DNA from: Nanobdellota archaeon
GTDB lineage: Archaea; Nanobdellota; Nanobdellia; Parvarchaeales; Parvarchaeaceae
Assembly: GCA_021794235.1 (NCBI GenBank)
Contig: JAJYRE010000019.1
Location: forward strand, 1 to 58,283
DNA: 58,283 bases
Direction: 5' to 3'
The position numbers and the translations under genes are program-made. Positions 1-10,127 of the stretch are shown here, piece after piece (position 1 is the stretch's first letter; each line of letters opens with the position of its first letter). The notes under the pieces were generated by a model that did not search any database, was not told the origin of the DNA, and worked only from the letters and a program-made list of their open reading frames with translations.

Positions 1-22
1 CCGATCTTTTTTCCAGGACGTC

Positions 23-1354
23 TCAGTTTATTTCCGGAACCTTGAAATTTTCCTTTCCCTTGAATATGTCTATCTCAGACAGCAGTTCCTTTGCCTTCTG
101 TTTGTTGTCCTCAACTTTGATGTTTTTATCATCCTTCATAAATTCTTCGATTGTACCGTCCGTGCCGTTGACAGTCATCTTGAATCCGTCCTTATAAACG
201 GCTTTTCTGAGTTTCTCGTACGTATTCTTTACGTATTCCTCCCTGTGCTTGTATCCGCCGGGAAGAACTATGACTGCGCCGTAGGCTTCTGCAAAAGTCG
301 TTTCGGAATAAAGCCGGGTGTCATCGCCCCCCTGTACTATGTCTTCTATAAACTTTGGCAGATAGACCAGATTCTGATATCCTTTCTTTTTCTCGAATTT
401 TTTACCGTTGGGATACTTTATTATCATAGGTATTCTGGAAAGTTCGTCATACAGATATGTGCTGTGCAGCATGTAACCGTGTTCGTTTATCGCCTGGCCG
501 TGGTCAGAGGTTATTATTATCATCGTGTTGTCGTACTTGCCGGCTCTTTTGAGCGTGGATACGAGCCTGCCTATCTGCTCGTCCAAGTACTCCATCTCCG
601 CGATGTACTCGCTTCTTACGTTATTTATCCCGGCCTGACTCATCTTTTTTATCCCGGTTACATTATCCCATACCTCCTTCGAATTATAGTTTCGGTATGG
701 TTCGTGAACTTCAAGGAAATTTACGAATCTGAAGAATTTTGACTCCCAGTTTCCGTTAGCAAGTATCTTATTTGTCAGGTCAGCTCCCTTGTCCATCGGG
801 AAATTGAGAGCGGTGCTTATCAGCTTCTCTCTCTTTCTAAGCCTGGCAAACTCCCTTATCTTACCGAACTTTCCCTGCTTTATCAGCTTTATCGCGATCT
901 CCCTCGGACTGGCTCCCAGTCTTCTGGCTTCCTGAAAAGTCTTGTCTTCCTTGCTTACGGGGAAGGGGTCGAGTGTGAAGAAAAAATCGAATCCGATATC
1001 GAATGCCGTCTGCGGAGACACCATTGGGTTGTTGGATATACCGAACGTGTTGTAGCCCATCTTAGAAAGACGCTCCGGAAGCCTCTCCTTCTGAAGGTTG
1101 ATGTTGAATTTTGTCAGGTCCAAAAGCTTGTCCTTCTCGGTTTCGTGCACACCGTGCTCATTAAGATACATCCCGGTGAACATTGAAACGTGCGAGGGGA
1201 ATGTCCAAGGTGAAGGCGCTATCGCATTATCGTATACTACGGAATCCTCGGCCAGTTTGATGAGATTTGGAGTCCTCGCCTCCCCTCCATATATCTGCAT
1301 TATATCCTTTCTCAGGCTGTCGCAGACAATGAGTAAAACATCAGGTTCCATCAT
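23..1354 (-). CDS. Sulfatase-like hydrolase/transferase (alkaline phosphatase superfamily)
   Basis: N-terminal IVCDSLR, WTFPSHVSMFTG signature region, EVHEPY and TSDHG metal-binding motifs; next to a glycosyltransferase. Confidence 0.85.
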   Translation of the reverse strand: MMEPDVLLIVCDSLRKDIMQIYGGEARTPNLIKLAEDSVVYDNAIAPSPWTFPSHVSMFTGMYLNEHGVHETEKDKLLDLTKFNINLQKERLPERLSKMGYNTFGISNNPMVSPQTAFDIGFDFFFTLDPFPVSKEDKTFQEARRLGASPREIAIKLIKQGKFGKIREFARLRKREKLISTALNFPMDKGADLTNKILANGNWESKFFRFVNFLEVHEPYRNYNSKEVWDNVTGIKKMSQAGINNVRSEYIAEMEYLDEQIGRLVSTLKRAGKYDNTMIIITSDHGQAINEHGYMLHSTYLYDELSRIPMIIKYPNGKKFEKKKGYQNLVYLPKFIEDIVQGGDDTRLYSETTFAEAYGAVIVLPGGYKHREEYVKNTYEKLRKAVYKDGFKMTVNGTDGTIEEFMKDDKNIKVEDNKQKAKELLSEIDIFKGKENFKVPEIN

Positions 1355-1372
1355 CTAATACTAACTAATAGA

Positions 1373-2404
1373 TTATTTAACGTTTTCATTGATGAGCGAC
1401 TTGTAAATGCCTTTCACAGCTTCTCTGTTGCCGTCCCATGTAAACTCTTTCTTGATTTTTTCGCTTTTTTCCAGATATTCCTTCTTAAGCTCCTTATAAT
1501 CCATAGAATCTATGTCATCTATTCTGTCTATCTCCATTGCGTATTTCCTGACTTCTTCAGGTATAACCGAATCCTTGTAGACGAAAGCAGGTACGCCACA
1601 GGCAATGGCCTCAACAAGCGGCAGCCCGAAACCTTCGTAAGAGGTGGGATACACGAAGTATTTGAACTTGTTTATAGTCTCGACCAGCTTGTCCTCCGCT
1701 ATTTTCTCCTTGAATATTATGCTTCCGAACTTCTCATACCTTTTCTTCAGTGACGGATAGTCTCCAATATTATCACCGTATATAACAAGGTGCACCTTGT
1801 TGCTAATGGCAGATGCTATGAAATCGTCAATCAGCTTTCCAACCCTCTTTCTTCTGTTGAAGCCTCCGAAGTATCCTATGTCTTCACCGTCTCCCTTGTC
1901 CTTGCGCGGCTTAAACTTCTCGTCTATGCCGAAATTTGTGACTGTTATTTTTTTGCTGTTTATGTCCAGTATAGATACCAATTCGTCCCTGGTCTGCGAA
2001 CTGTTTGTAAGTATTGCGTCCGCTCTCTCCACGGCATATCTGAACTGCGATCTGAATGCGGCCCCCCTGATTGTACCGTAAGCCCCCTTAATCCTCATCG
2101 TTCCAAAGACTGCCAGATCGTGGACCGTGAGCACTATCTTTTTTCCGTCCAGAACGTTGGTTTTTGGCATTACCTCCGGCTGCGTAAAGTGTAGGACCTC
2201 TCCAAGATTCGAGGAGTTTTCCTCCAGATACTTCCTTCTGCGGTAGAGTCTATTAAGCACCCTGTCAGTAGCAGTACGATTTTTCAGTTTCTCGGAAAAG
2301 TTGATTATGCTCTTAAACTCCTTTATCTTGCTTATCTCATAGTTATATCTGGGGATTCCCCCGTTGCTAGGGTCAAGAGTCTCAACTATCAGAGTCACAT
2401 CCAT
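1373..2404 (-). CDS. Glycosyltransferase family 4 (GT-B)
   Basis: TVHDL, NSSQTRDEL and PTSYEGFGLPLVEAIACGVP (E-x7-E) motifs. Confidence 0.9.
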   Translation of the reverse strand: MDVTLIVETLDPSNGGIPRYNYEISKIKEFKSIINFSEKLKNRTATDRVLNRLYRRRKYLEENSSNLGEVLHFTQPEVMPKTNVLDGKKIVLTVHDLAVFGTMRIKGAYGTIRGAAFRSQFRYAVERADAILTNSSQTRDELVSILDINSKKITVTNFGIDEKFKPRKDKGDGEDIGYFGGFNRRKRVGKLIDDFIASAISNKVHLVIYGDNIGDYPSLKKRYEKFGSIIFKEKIAEDKLVETINKFKYFVYPTSYEGFGLPLVEAIACGVPAFVYKDSVIPEEVRKYAMEIDRIDDIDSMDYKELKKEYLEKSEKIKKEFTWDGNREAVKGIYKSLINENVK

Positions 2405-2620
2405 ACAATTTCATTGTTTATACGTCAATATATAATTTGGTTGTAGTGTCCTCTTCATAAATCCGTATATCCCCCATATACGGTAATGTGGTCTTGTAAG
2501 GGCCTTTGTATGGCTGGCACCCTACAAAGTCGTACAATCAGCGTATAACAGACCGTTCTTTTTCGGAAAGTGAATATCCACAGGCGCAGCAAAGTTTTTT
2601 AAGCCGGTTTTGGTTTGTTA

Positions 2621-3043
2621 ATGATTATGAACAGGAAAGTCCAGGTGATAGTTTTCAGGAGAACCCCCGAACTCGAGATACTTGTCCTGCACAAGACTCC
2701 GGAATCCGGCGGGATATGGCAGCCTGTTACGGGCAAAGTAGAGGAGGGCGAATCGGATAGGGAAGGTGCGCTCAGGGAACTTATGGAGGAGACTGGAATA
2801 TCGGGTGAATCAATAAGAGCTGTCATCGAACACGTTTATTCTTTCGATTATACCGGCAAGAACGGCGAAAATCATGAAGAAGTTTTCGGAGTGGAAGTTA
2901 CTCCGGATACCATTGTGGACATGTCAAAAAACGTCTACGTTGAGCACGATAAGTTCGAATGGGTCAATCCTGAGACCGCAAAGAAAATGATACACTGGGA
3001 CACTAATAGGATCGCACTAGCGGACCTTCTCAAGAAGGTATAA
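2621..3043 (+). CDS. NUDIX hydrolase (NudB-like)
   Basis: Nudix box WQPVTGKVEEGESDREGALRELMEETG; start ATG 2621 or 2627, downstream of TATA-like tttttaag at 2596-2603. Confidence 0.9.
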   Translation: MIMNRKVQVIVFRRTPELEILVLHKTPESGGIWQPVTGKVEEGESDREGALRELMEETGISGESIRAVIEHVYSFDYTGKNGENHEEVFGVEVTPDTIVDMSKNVYVEHDKFEWVNPETAKKMIHWDTNRIALADLLKKV

Positions 3044-3052
3044 AATAGTTTT

Positions 3053-3961
3053 TTATCCCTTTAGCAGCTTCCAGGACAGTACTATACTGATTGCACCCAG
3101 TATCGCTGCGAACAGCCCCAGATAAAGGAAATCGTACATAAACGGCACCGCAGGAGTTATTCCGAGCAAAGCACTTCTACCTATCTCTATAGTGAAGCTT
3201 ATCGGGTTTACGTTTGCTATCGCGCTAAGCCAGGATGGCATAGCTGATACCGGGAAAAATGCGTTGCTCATGAATAGTAGCGGTAGGCTAAGCAGGTTTG
3301 CCACGGCCATCTGCGACTGCCAATCCGTAGATCTTAATCCAAGAGCCACAAACAGTGACGACATTCCGAAAGCTAATAGGAACAGTGCACCGAATGTATC
3401 CAGCACCCCTACTAGTGTAAAGTTCGCCACGCTCATACCGAGCACTATGGCTATGATAAGCACCACAAGCGCCTGTACAAGCGCCCTTACGACGGAATTA
3501 ATTATCTTACCTAGCACTATCGATCCGCGTGATACGGGGGTGGTCAAAAGCTTGTCCAGGAACCCGAACCTCCTGTCCCAAACAACGGACATACCAGAAA
3601 ACATCGCCGTGAAAAGGACTATAAATGCCAGCATACCGACTGCTAAGAACGAGAAGTAACTGGTTGTTCCAAAACTGTTCAGAAGGAAAGTGTTTCCTAT
3701 CGTGTCAAGCACGCTTTTAGGTATGTTCAGACCTGGTATGTTAAAAGAACTGTTTGTAAATATTCCTGCGAGGTTGAATGCCTTTCCGAACAGGCCGAGC
3801 CAAACCACTGGCTGTATGAGCGAGATTATAAGTAGAACAGGCGCAAGGTACCACTTCTTAAGGTCCCTGTTCGCCAGCGACCACACACTTTTGAAAAAGT
3901 AAGCGACTTTGTGCTTTCCTATGTACTCTACACTGAAATTTTTGACAGACGTCCTTTTCAT
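3053..3961 (-). CDS. ABC-2 type exporter permease (DrrB-like)
   Basis: Multiple TM helices; WDRRFGFLDKLLTTPVSR and FMSNAFFP...MPSWL...NP motifs; co-oriented with an ATPase gene. Confidence 0.9.
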   Translation of the reverse strand: MKRTSVKNFSVEYIGKHKVAYFFKSVWSLANRDLKKWYLAPVLLIISLIQPVVWLGLFGKAFNLAGIFTNSSFNIPGLNIPKSVLDTIGNTFLLNSFGTTSYFSFLAVGMLAFIVLFTAMFSGMSVVWDRRFGFLDKLLTTPVSRGSIVLGKIINSVVRALVQALVVLIIAIVLGMSVANFTLVGVLDTFGALFLLAFGMSSLFVALGLRSTDWQSQMAVANLLSLPLLFMSNAFFPVSAMPSWLSAIANVNPISFTIEIGRSALLGITPAVPFMYDFLYLGLFAAILGAISIVLSWKLLKG

Positions 3962-3965
3962 ATTA

Positions 3966-4964
3966 TCAGCTCCTACTTAGCCTCATAGTTCTTCTGCTGT
4001 TCATCAAGTCTTCACCGCTACCTTGTTCCTCTCTCAATGATCTGCCGGTGTATTCCAGATAGACCTCGTCCAGTGTCGGTTTTGTAAGTGACAGCTTTGT
4101 TACCTTATAGCCTTTCCTGTTAACCAGCGATATCAGTATAGGTGCCAGAGTGTCCGCAGATTTGGCCTTTATCCTGTATTCTCTGCCGTTTTTCTTTACG
4201 TTTTTTACGTTTTTGACCTTCTTGATCATAGCGGTTATATCCGCTTTTTCATTGTCTATTGTCAGGGTTATTATGTCCCCGCCAACACTCTCCTTCAGCC
4301 TCTCCGGCGTGTCTATCTTTATTATCTTTCCGTGATCTATTATCGCTATCCTGTCACACAGTGAGTCTGCCTCATCCAGATAGTGGGTTGTCATGAAAAG
4401 CGTCATCTTATAGTCTTTCTTAAGTTTTTTTATGTAAGTCCAGACCGCACTTCTCGTTTGTACATCCAATCCAAGTGTAGGCTCGTCAAGAAAGAGCACC
4501 TTCGGATGGTTCACAAGGCCTATCGCGAGTTCCAGCCTCCTTCTCATTCCTCCAGAATATGTCTTTACCTTTCTTTTCGCCGCCGCACCGAGTTCCACAA
4601 GCTGCATCAGTTCGGCAATCCTATTTTTTGAGACAGAACGCGGTATATTGTACAGGTCTGCCAGTAGCAGCATATTATCGTACCCTGTGAGGTCTTCATC
4701 CGCTGTAAACTCCTGCGGAACTACGCCTATTATCGATCTTATCTCCGCCTGATTACGCACGATGCTCTTACCAAAGATTCGTGCATCGCCACTGGTCGGA
4801 GATATCAGAGTCGTTATCATCTTTATGGTCGTGGTCTTGCCGGCGCCGTTGGGCCCCAGGAACCCGAAGATTTCCCCCTCGTTTACCGAGAAGGACACCC
4901 CATTTACAGCTTTTGTTTTTCCGCCAAAAATCTTTGTGAGTTTGTTTACTCGTATGACTTCCAT
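3966..4964 (-). CDS. ABC exporter ATP-binding protein (DrrA-like)
   Basis: Walker A GPNGAGKTT, signature YSGGMRRR, Walker B LFLDEPT; likely start MEVIRV at 4964. Confidence 0.93.
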   Translation of the reverse strand: MEVIRVNKLTKIFGGKTKAVNGVSFSVNEGEIFGFLGPNGAGKTTTIKMITTLISPTSGDARIFGKSIVRNQAEIRSIIGVVPQEFTADEDLTGYDNMLLLADLYNIPRSVSKNRIAELMQLVELGAAAKRKVKTYSGGMRRRLELAIGLVNHPKVLFLDEPTLGLDVQTRSAVWTYIKKLKKDYKMTLFMTTHYLDEADSLCDRIAIIDHGKIIKIDTPERLKESVGGDIITLTIDNEKADITAMIKKVKNVKNVKKNGREYRIKAKSADTLAPILISLVNRKGYKVTKLSLTKPTLDEVYLEYTGRSLREEQGSGEDLMNSRRTMRLSRS

Positions 4965-5138
4965 GAATCTACAGTGTAATACGTATCCTGCTAAGCGTGT
5001 ATAATCCGCCCATATTTTATATTCTCCTTTATCATTTATACAGTTTATATCTTTGCTAAGTAACAGAATAATCATTGGCCGCTAAATTTCCTTTAACGCC
5101 GTATCAATCCCGTATTCTTTCCAGAAAATCACAAAAAG

Positions 5139-5146
5139 TTTATATA
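5139..5146 (+). promoter_or_regulatory. Archaeal TATA box (tttatata) with A-rich BRE; probable leaderless gene
   Basis: acaaaaag-tttatata located 24 nt before ATG 5170. Confidence 0.55.
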
Positions 5147-5169
5147 AGATGTTTATTCTTTATAGTGGC

Positions 5170-5673
5170 ATGAAAGATGAAAATTATAAATTTTTTACCG
5201 GCGGTAAATCTAATGTTCTGGCCGTGCGGAGCGCAAGAAAGAACCTGGACAGCGTTTTGGACGATATAAAGTCGGGCGACATACAGGAGTCTTTCAGATT
5301 CCAACACGGGACATCGGATTACTTCAGAGAGATGGTGTTTCACAAGGCATCGGATCTTAGAGACTCGGGAAAGTTCCCCTTAGACAGGAAGACTTTCCAT
5401 GTCGGCCGTGCGCTGGATAACCAGATGATGTGGAGTGATGCACCTAAAGCCTTTTACTCCAGGCACATCTATGTAGAGCGGCCGCCATACCACCTGGGTG
5501 TGATATCAATAGGTGTAAAGGGAAACCGCGGCATTATTAGCTGCGCAGAGATTGACTATGCAAGAAATAAGATCCTAGTCGATTCTAGTTTCCTTAATAC
5601 AGCAAACTACGACAGAATAAAGGACGTAATAGTTGTTGCCAGCATGGTATACTCCGACAATGTAAGAGGCTAA
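5170..5673 (+). CDS. Hypothetical protein (orphan; KNLDSVLD motif near N-terminus)
   Basis: Long ORF with own TATA box; no recognised domain. Confidence 0.7.
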   Translation: MKDENYKFFTGGKSNVLAVRSARKNLDSVLDDIKSGDIQESFRFQHGTSDYFREMVFHKASDLRDSGKFPLDRKTFHVGRALDNQMMWSDAPKAFYSRHIYVERPPYHLGVISIGVKGNRGIISCAEIDYARNKILVDSSFLNTANYDRIKDVIVVASMVYSDNVRG

Positions 5674-5750
5674 TCCTATACACCAGGCAATGTATTTTAA
5701 AAGTATTTATACTATTATTTGTCTTAAATTCTAATTAAAAAAGAGTCCTT

Positions 5751-6605
5751 ATGAGTAAGAAAAAAATTGAAGATTTGATAAGTTCGGTAAAAAGCGTACA
5801 CACCAATGGAGGTGACGTTGCACTATACAAAGAGGCACTCGATAAAGTCCCTAACATCGATCATTACGGAGTCGTTATGGTAGATAGACTGGTGAATGAC
5901 AATTACCCGAACGGAAACAAAGCCGGTAGATTCCTATATAATGATCTTTATCACAGCGGGGTTTTCGACCTTCATTTTAAGCGTCAATATGATCTAGTCA
6001 AGACTATAAATTCGATAATACCTGAGAACTCACAAAAACCGATAGCTGTACTGCATAATTCTGCCGATAAATGCGTAGGATACCTGGTCTCCGAAGTTCA
6101 CGGAATGCCGTTGGACGTATATCTGGAGTCGGGAGAGCTCATGGACATGTTAGCGATAGAAAGAAGAATGCAGTCGGTTTCTAGGGTCGAGAGCTTCCTC
6201 AGCGAGTCCGAAGTCTATAATATCCTTGCAAAGAGGGAACCATCGTATCTGGCAAGAACTTTTGACGATATCAAGAAATACAAGATATCATCCCAGGTAT
6301 ACAACGAAAGGAGGGCGGAGCTCAGTCAGGTTCTGACTAACCTGCGGAAAAGCGTAAACACACTCCACGGAAAGAACATTCATCATAACAGGATATCCCC
6401 AAGTAACATAATCGTCGACTACGACGGCAGGGAAACACCTGCAGTTTACCTTATAAACCCCCTTAACGGCGTGGACGCAGAATCTACGGCTGATAAGGAC
6501 GTATCAGATATGAAAGCTGTTGAGAAATTGATACTAAGGGAAATAGAAAAATCAAATTCAAAGGCAAACAAATACGAAGCGAAGTTAAAGCATCTTATAA
6601 AGTAA
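5751..6605 (+). CDS. Protein-kinase-like fold protein with degenerate catalytic motifs (pseudokinase candidate)
   Basis: GYLVSEVHGMPL...LHGKNIHHNRISPSNIIV...YLINP resembles the Bud32/RIO-type C-lobe with HGD->HNR and D(FG)->N; paralog at 27926-28597. Confidence 0.65.
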   Translation: MSKKKIEDLISSVKSVHTNGGDVALYKEALDKVPNIDHYGVVMVDRLVNDNYPNGNKAGRFLYNDLYHSGVFDLHFKRQYDLVKTINSIIPENSQKPIAVLHNSADKCVGYLVSEVHGMPLDVYLESGELMDMLAIERRMQSVSRVESFLSESEVYNILAKREPSYLARTFDDIKKYKISSQVYNERRAELSQVLTNLRKSVNTLHGKNIHHNRISPSNIIVDYDGRETPAVYLINPLNGVDAESTADKDVSDMKAVEKLILREIEKSNSKANKYEAKLKHLIK

Positions 6606-6611
6606 AACAGC

Positions 6612-8978
6612 CTAAAAATTCAGATCTTTGTCCTTCTTTACAGACCCCGTGGCCGCTTCCAGTTCTATGCGCCTTTCCACCGATGCAACAAGTTCCCTGA
6701 CGTGCACGGCAGAATCGGGATTTACGGAGATGTCATCTATATCAGCCCTAACCAGAAATTCTACTATCTCATCGTACTGTGATGGTGCCTGTCCGCATAT
6801 CGATACTGTCTTTCCATCTTTGTGGGCCGTCTTTATCAAGTGATTTATGAGCCTCTTTACGGCGAGGTTTCTTTCGTCGAATATCTCGCTCATCAGACCG
6901 TTGTTCCTATCTGCTCCTAATGTCAGCATAGTCAGGTCGTTTGATCCTACCGAATAACCGTCTATATATTCATTGAATTTGTCCGCCAGAATTATGTTGC
7001 TGGGGATTTCAGCCATAAGGAATATCTTAAAGTCTTCCGTCCTCTCAAGGCCGTTCTCTTTCATTATGGCCAGGACCTTCTTCAGTTCGTCAACTGTTCT
7101 TGTGAATGGTATCATAACCCAGAGATTCTTCAGTCCGCTGCTCTCTCTGACCTTCTTTACCGCTTTCAGTTCCAGGATGAAAGCCTCCTCGTAACCCTTA
7201 TGGTAATAACGTGAAGCCCCTCTCCATCCGAGCATCGGGTTGGATTCATCCGGTTCGAACTCCTTTCCCCCCTTTAGATTCTTATACTCGTCGGTTTTGA
7301 AATCGCTGAATCTGAGTATAACTGGCCTTGGATTGAACGCTGAACACACTTTTCCTATCCCTTCCGCCAGCGTATCGATTATCTTCTGGCTTTGACCGTT
7401 CTTTATCATAGACAGAGGGTGTTCCCCTATCTGGGCCCAAAGAAACTCCTCTCTCATCAGTCCCACTCCATCAACCGGCAGGCTCGCAGATTTTTCCGCC
7501 ATGCCTGGTTCTGAAAGATTGACAAATATCTTGACGCCGGTTATTATCTCGGAAGCTTGTACACCAGCGGCAGCCCGGTTGGCCTCCTTTGGCTGCTCCA
7601 TGTTTATGTTTCCCCTGTACACCGTTCCATCCCTTGCGTTAACAGTGATCATCTCGCCGTTTTTTATTACCTCGGTCGCTTTTTTCTCAACCGAAGCAGT
7701 GCCGACTATACATGGTATACCGAGTTCTCTTGATACTATTGCCGCGTGGCAGGTCATGCCCCCCTCGTCTGTTACTATGGCAGAGGCTTTCTTCATCACC
7801 ATCACCCAGTCCGGTGTAGTCATTTTTGTGACCAGAACTTCCCCCTCCTTGAATTTGTCTATTTCATTCAGGTCCAGCAGCACTCTTGCGGTTCCGCTGC
7901 CTACGCCGGGCGAAGCCGGCAGACCCTTGGTTATCAACTCGGCGTTTTCCGTATTCCCCTTCTTTTCCGTGGCAGCGCCCTTAGACGCCCCTTTGCCGGA
8001 CCATGCCGTTTCACTTCTGGCCTGCACTATGAACAGCCTATTATTTCTTTCATCCAGCGCCCATTCTATATCCATGGGGTGCCCGTAGTGATCTTCTATT
8101 CTCTTACCGTATCCTGCTAGCTCCTTTATCTGTTCATCGCTCAGACACTGCTTCGACGCCTCATCAGGGCCAATCTCAACTTCCGATACTCCTCCGTCCT
8201 GTTTTCTGACCAATTTTTTGGATTTCTCTTTCGATATTATCTTTCTTGCAATTTCTCCATCCTTTTTACCTGTGTAATAAGTGTCTGGTGTAACGACTCC
8301 CTGAACTACATACTCTCCGAGTCCGTAACTGGCCTCTATCATTATTACAGACCTGTCGCCGTTCGATACATCGAGTGTGAACATCACTCCAGAGGATTTC
8401 GAGAACACCATCCTCTCCACAGCTACAGCCAGCGATATCTTTACATTCTTGAATCCCCTCTTTATCCTGTAGTATATGGCTCTGTCGGTGAAAAGGCTGG
8501 CGTAGCATTCCTTGACCTTCTGCAGGACGTCCTTGTCGCCCTTGACATTCAGGAAAGTCTCCTGCTGACCCGCGAAGCTCGCTTCGGGCAAGTCTTCGGA
8601 AGTCGCGGATGACCTTATCGCCACGAACTCCTCTTTTTCGTCCTCTACTAATTTGTGATAGTGTTCTATTATCTCCTTTTTTAGCTGTTCCTGCAGGTTT
8701 GCGGCAAGAACCATCGCCCTGATTTTTTTTCCGGCGTCATCCAGCGCGTTTACATCCTCCTCGTCTACGCCTTCGAGCGTCCCGCTTATCCTTTCCTCAA
8801 GGCCGTTATTTTGTATAAACTGATCGAACGCGAAGGCAGTGGTCGAGAAACCTCCAGGTACAGGTACATTAACCGACGATATCATCTCTCCGAGGTTTGC
8901 GGATTTTCCTCCGACGATATTTACGTTTTCTTTTTTTATGTCCTTCAGCCAGATCACTAGAGAATTTTCTTTGTTCAT
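6612..8978 (-). CDS. ppsA: Phosphoenolpyruvate synthase (pyruvate, water dikinase)
   Basis: VGGKSANLGE, RSSATSEDLPEASFAGQQET, phospho-His motif TCHAAIVSRELG, NPMLGWRG, GSNDLT, SICGQAPS. Confidence 0.97.
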   Translation of the reverse strand: MNKENSLVIWLKDIKKENVNIVGGKSANLGEMISSVNVPVPGGFSTTAFAFDQFIQNNGLEERISGTLEGVDEEDVNALDDAGKKIRAMVLAANLQEQLKKEIIEHYHKLVEDEKEEFVAIRSSATSEDLPEASFAGQQETFLNVKGDKDVLQKVKECYASLFTDRAIYYRIKRGFKNVKISLAVAVERMVFSKSSGVMFTLDVSNGDRSVIMIEASYGLGEYVVQGVVTPDTYYTGKKDGEIARKIISKEKSKKLVRKQDGGVSEVEIGPDEASKQCLSDEQIKELAGYGKRIEDHYGHPMDIEWALDERNNRLFIVQARSETAWSGKGASKGAATEKKGNTENAELITKGLPASPGVGSGTARVLLDLNEIDKFKEGEVLVTKMTTPDWVMVMKKASAIVTDEGGMTCHAAIVSRELGIPCIVGTASVEKKATEVIKNGEMITVNARDGTVYRGNINMEQPKEANRAAAGVQASEIITGVKIFVNLSEPGMAEKSASLPVDGVGLMREEFLWAQIGEHPLSMIKNGQSQKIIDTLAEGIGKVCSAFNPRPVILRFSDFKTDEYKNLKGGKEFEPDESNPMLGWRGASRYYHKGYEEAFILELKAVKKVRESSGLKNLWVMIPFTRTVDELKKVLAIMKENGLERTEDFKIFLMAEIPSNIILADKFNEYIDGYSVGSNDLTMLTLGADRNNGLMSEIFDERNLAVKRLINHLIKTAHKDGKTVSICGQAPSQYDEIVEFLVRADIDDISVNPDSAVHVRELVASVERRIELEAATGSVKKDKDLNF

Positions 8979-9103
8979 AGCCAGTCTATACTAAAGAATG
9001 TAGTTTATGGCTTAAATATTAGGATTTCTTTTCAAAAAAGTTGTAATAATTCCAGAAATTCACGTAAACTTTATAAGTGTAAAGCGTTCACTATAGAATA
9101 TAA

Positions 9104-9109
9104 GGAGGT
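9104..9109 (+). promoter_or_regulatory. Shine-Dalgarno (ggaggt) of sod; TATA tttataag at 9070-9077
   Basis: ggaggt 6 nt upstream of ATG 9116. Confidence 0.7.
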
Positions 9110-9115
9110 TTTTTT

Positions 9116-9733
9116 ATGTCAAACTACGATGAACAATACGATGTCAAGGAAATAAAATACAAAGAGCTACAGGGGTTCTCGGAGAAGCAGATAAGCTTCC
9201 ATCACAATATACACTACGCCGGTTACGTAAAGAAGAGAAACGAAGTCCATAACAAGCTTAAAGGAGTCGACAAGGCTTCTGCCAACGCAAATTACAGCGA
9301 GTTCAGGGCACTCAAGAGGGAGGAGACATTCAATGCCAGCGGACAGTTGCTTCATGAGAGCTATTTCAGTACATTCGGGGGAGACGGTAAATACGCGGAG
9401 GACATGGATGTGATTAAAAAAATAACCGACGACTTCGGGAGTTTCGATAATTTCAAACAGGATATGATTGCTACGGCAAAGGCCGCGAGAGGCTGGGCAA
9501 TACTCGCCATAGACCCGACGGATGGCAGACTTAGAAACTTCCTGGCCGACGCACACAACGACGGCGCTGTCTGGGGTGCGATACCGCTCATAACACTGGA
9601 CGTGTACGAGCATGCATTCTACGTGGATTACGGGCCCGATAAGGCAAAGTATCTGGAACCTTTCTTTGCAAATCTGGACTGGAAAATAATAAACGAGCGC
9701 TATAATAAAGTCAAGGCCGTTTACTCAAAGTAG
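9116..9733 (+). CDS. sod: Fe/Mn superoxide dismutase
   Basis: HHNIHYAGY, LLHESYF and DVYEHAFYVDY metal-ligand motifs. Confidence 0.95.
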   Translation: MSNYDEQYDVKEIKYKELQGFSEKQISFHHNIHYAGYVKKRNEVHNKLKGVDKASANANYSEFRALKREETFNASGQLLHESYFSTFGGDGKYAEDMDVIKKITDDFGSFDNFKQDMIATAKAARGWAILAIDPTDGRLRNFLADAHNDGAVWGAIPLITLDVYEHAFYVDYGPDKAKYLEPFFANLDWKIINERYNKVKAVYSK

Positions 9734-9755
9734 ACTCCGGAATAACATTTCAAAC

Positions 9756-10091
9756 ATGGAAAAAACACTGTACGACTTTGCACCTAAGGTGCTGATGCCG
9801 AAGGAAGGCGATGCACTGAGCTGGGATATACTCTTTATGGGCAGACACGAGTCGCCAGTAAGAGCCGCCGGCGAAAAAGTCAGACAGAAGCTGCAGTCGA
9901 TACTGGACAATTCCGTAAGGAAAATGCAGGTGTGTGTGGAGGAGTATCCGGATAAGCACAAGTATTCCTTGATATTTGAGACCAGCCTTTCTTCATACGA
10001 GATAAAAGACATGATTAATAAGGCGGCGACAGAAAATAACCTCTGCCTGTACTCCAGGTCAAAACTAGTACAGGATGAGTACAATCTCTGA
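9756..10091 (+). CDS. Hypothetical protein
   Basis: ATG-started ORF closely following sod; no recognised domain. Confidence 0.6.
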   Translation: MEKTLYDFAPKVLMPKEGDALSWDILFMGRHESPVRAAGEKVRQKLQSILDNSVRKMQVCVEEYPDKHKYSLIFETSLSSYEIKDMINKAATENNLCLYSRSKLVQDEYNL

Positions 10092-10127
10092 AGATTGTCC
10101 CATCCGGTAAAAATTTACTATACACTT

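Noticed and set aside
2632-2646. RNase P RNA-like motif aggaaagtcc
   Set aside because: It lies in the NUDIX coding start (NRKVQ), and no other RNase P elements were found.
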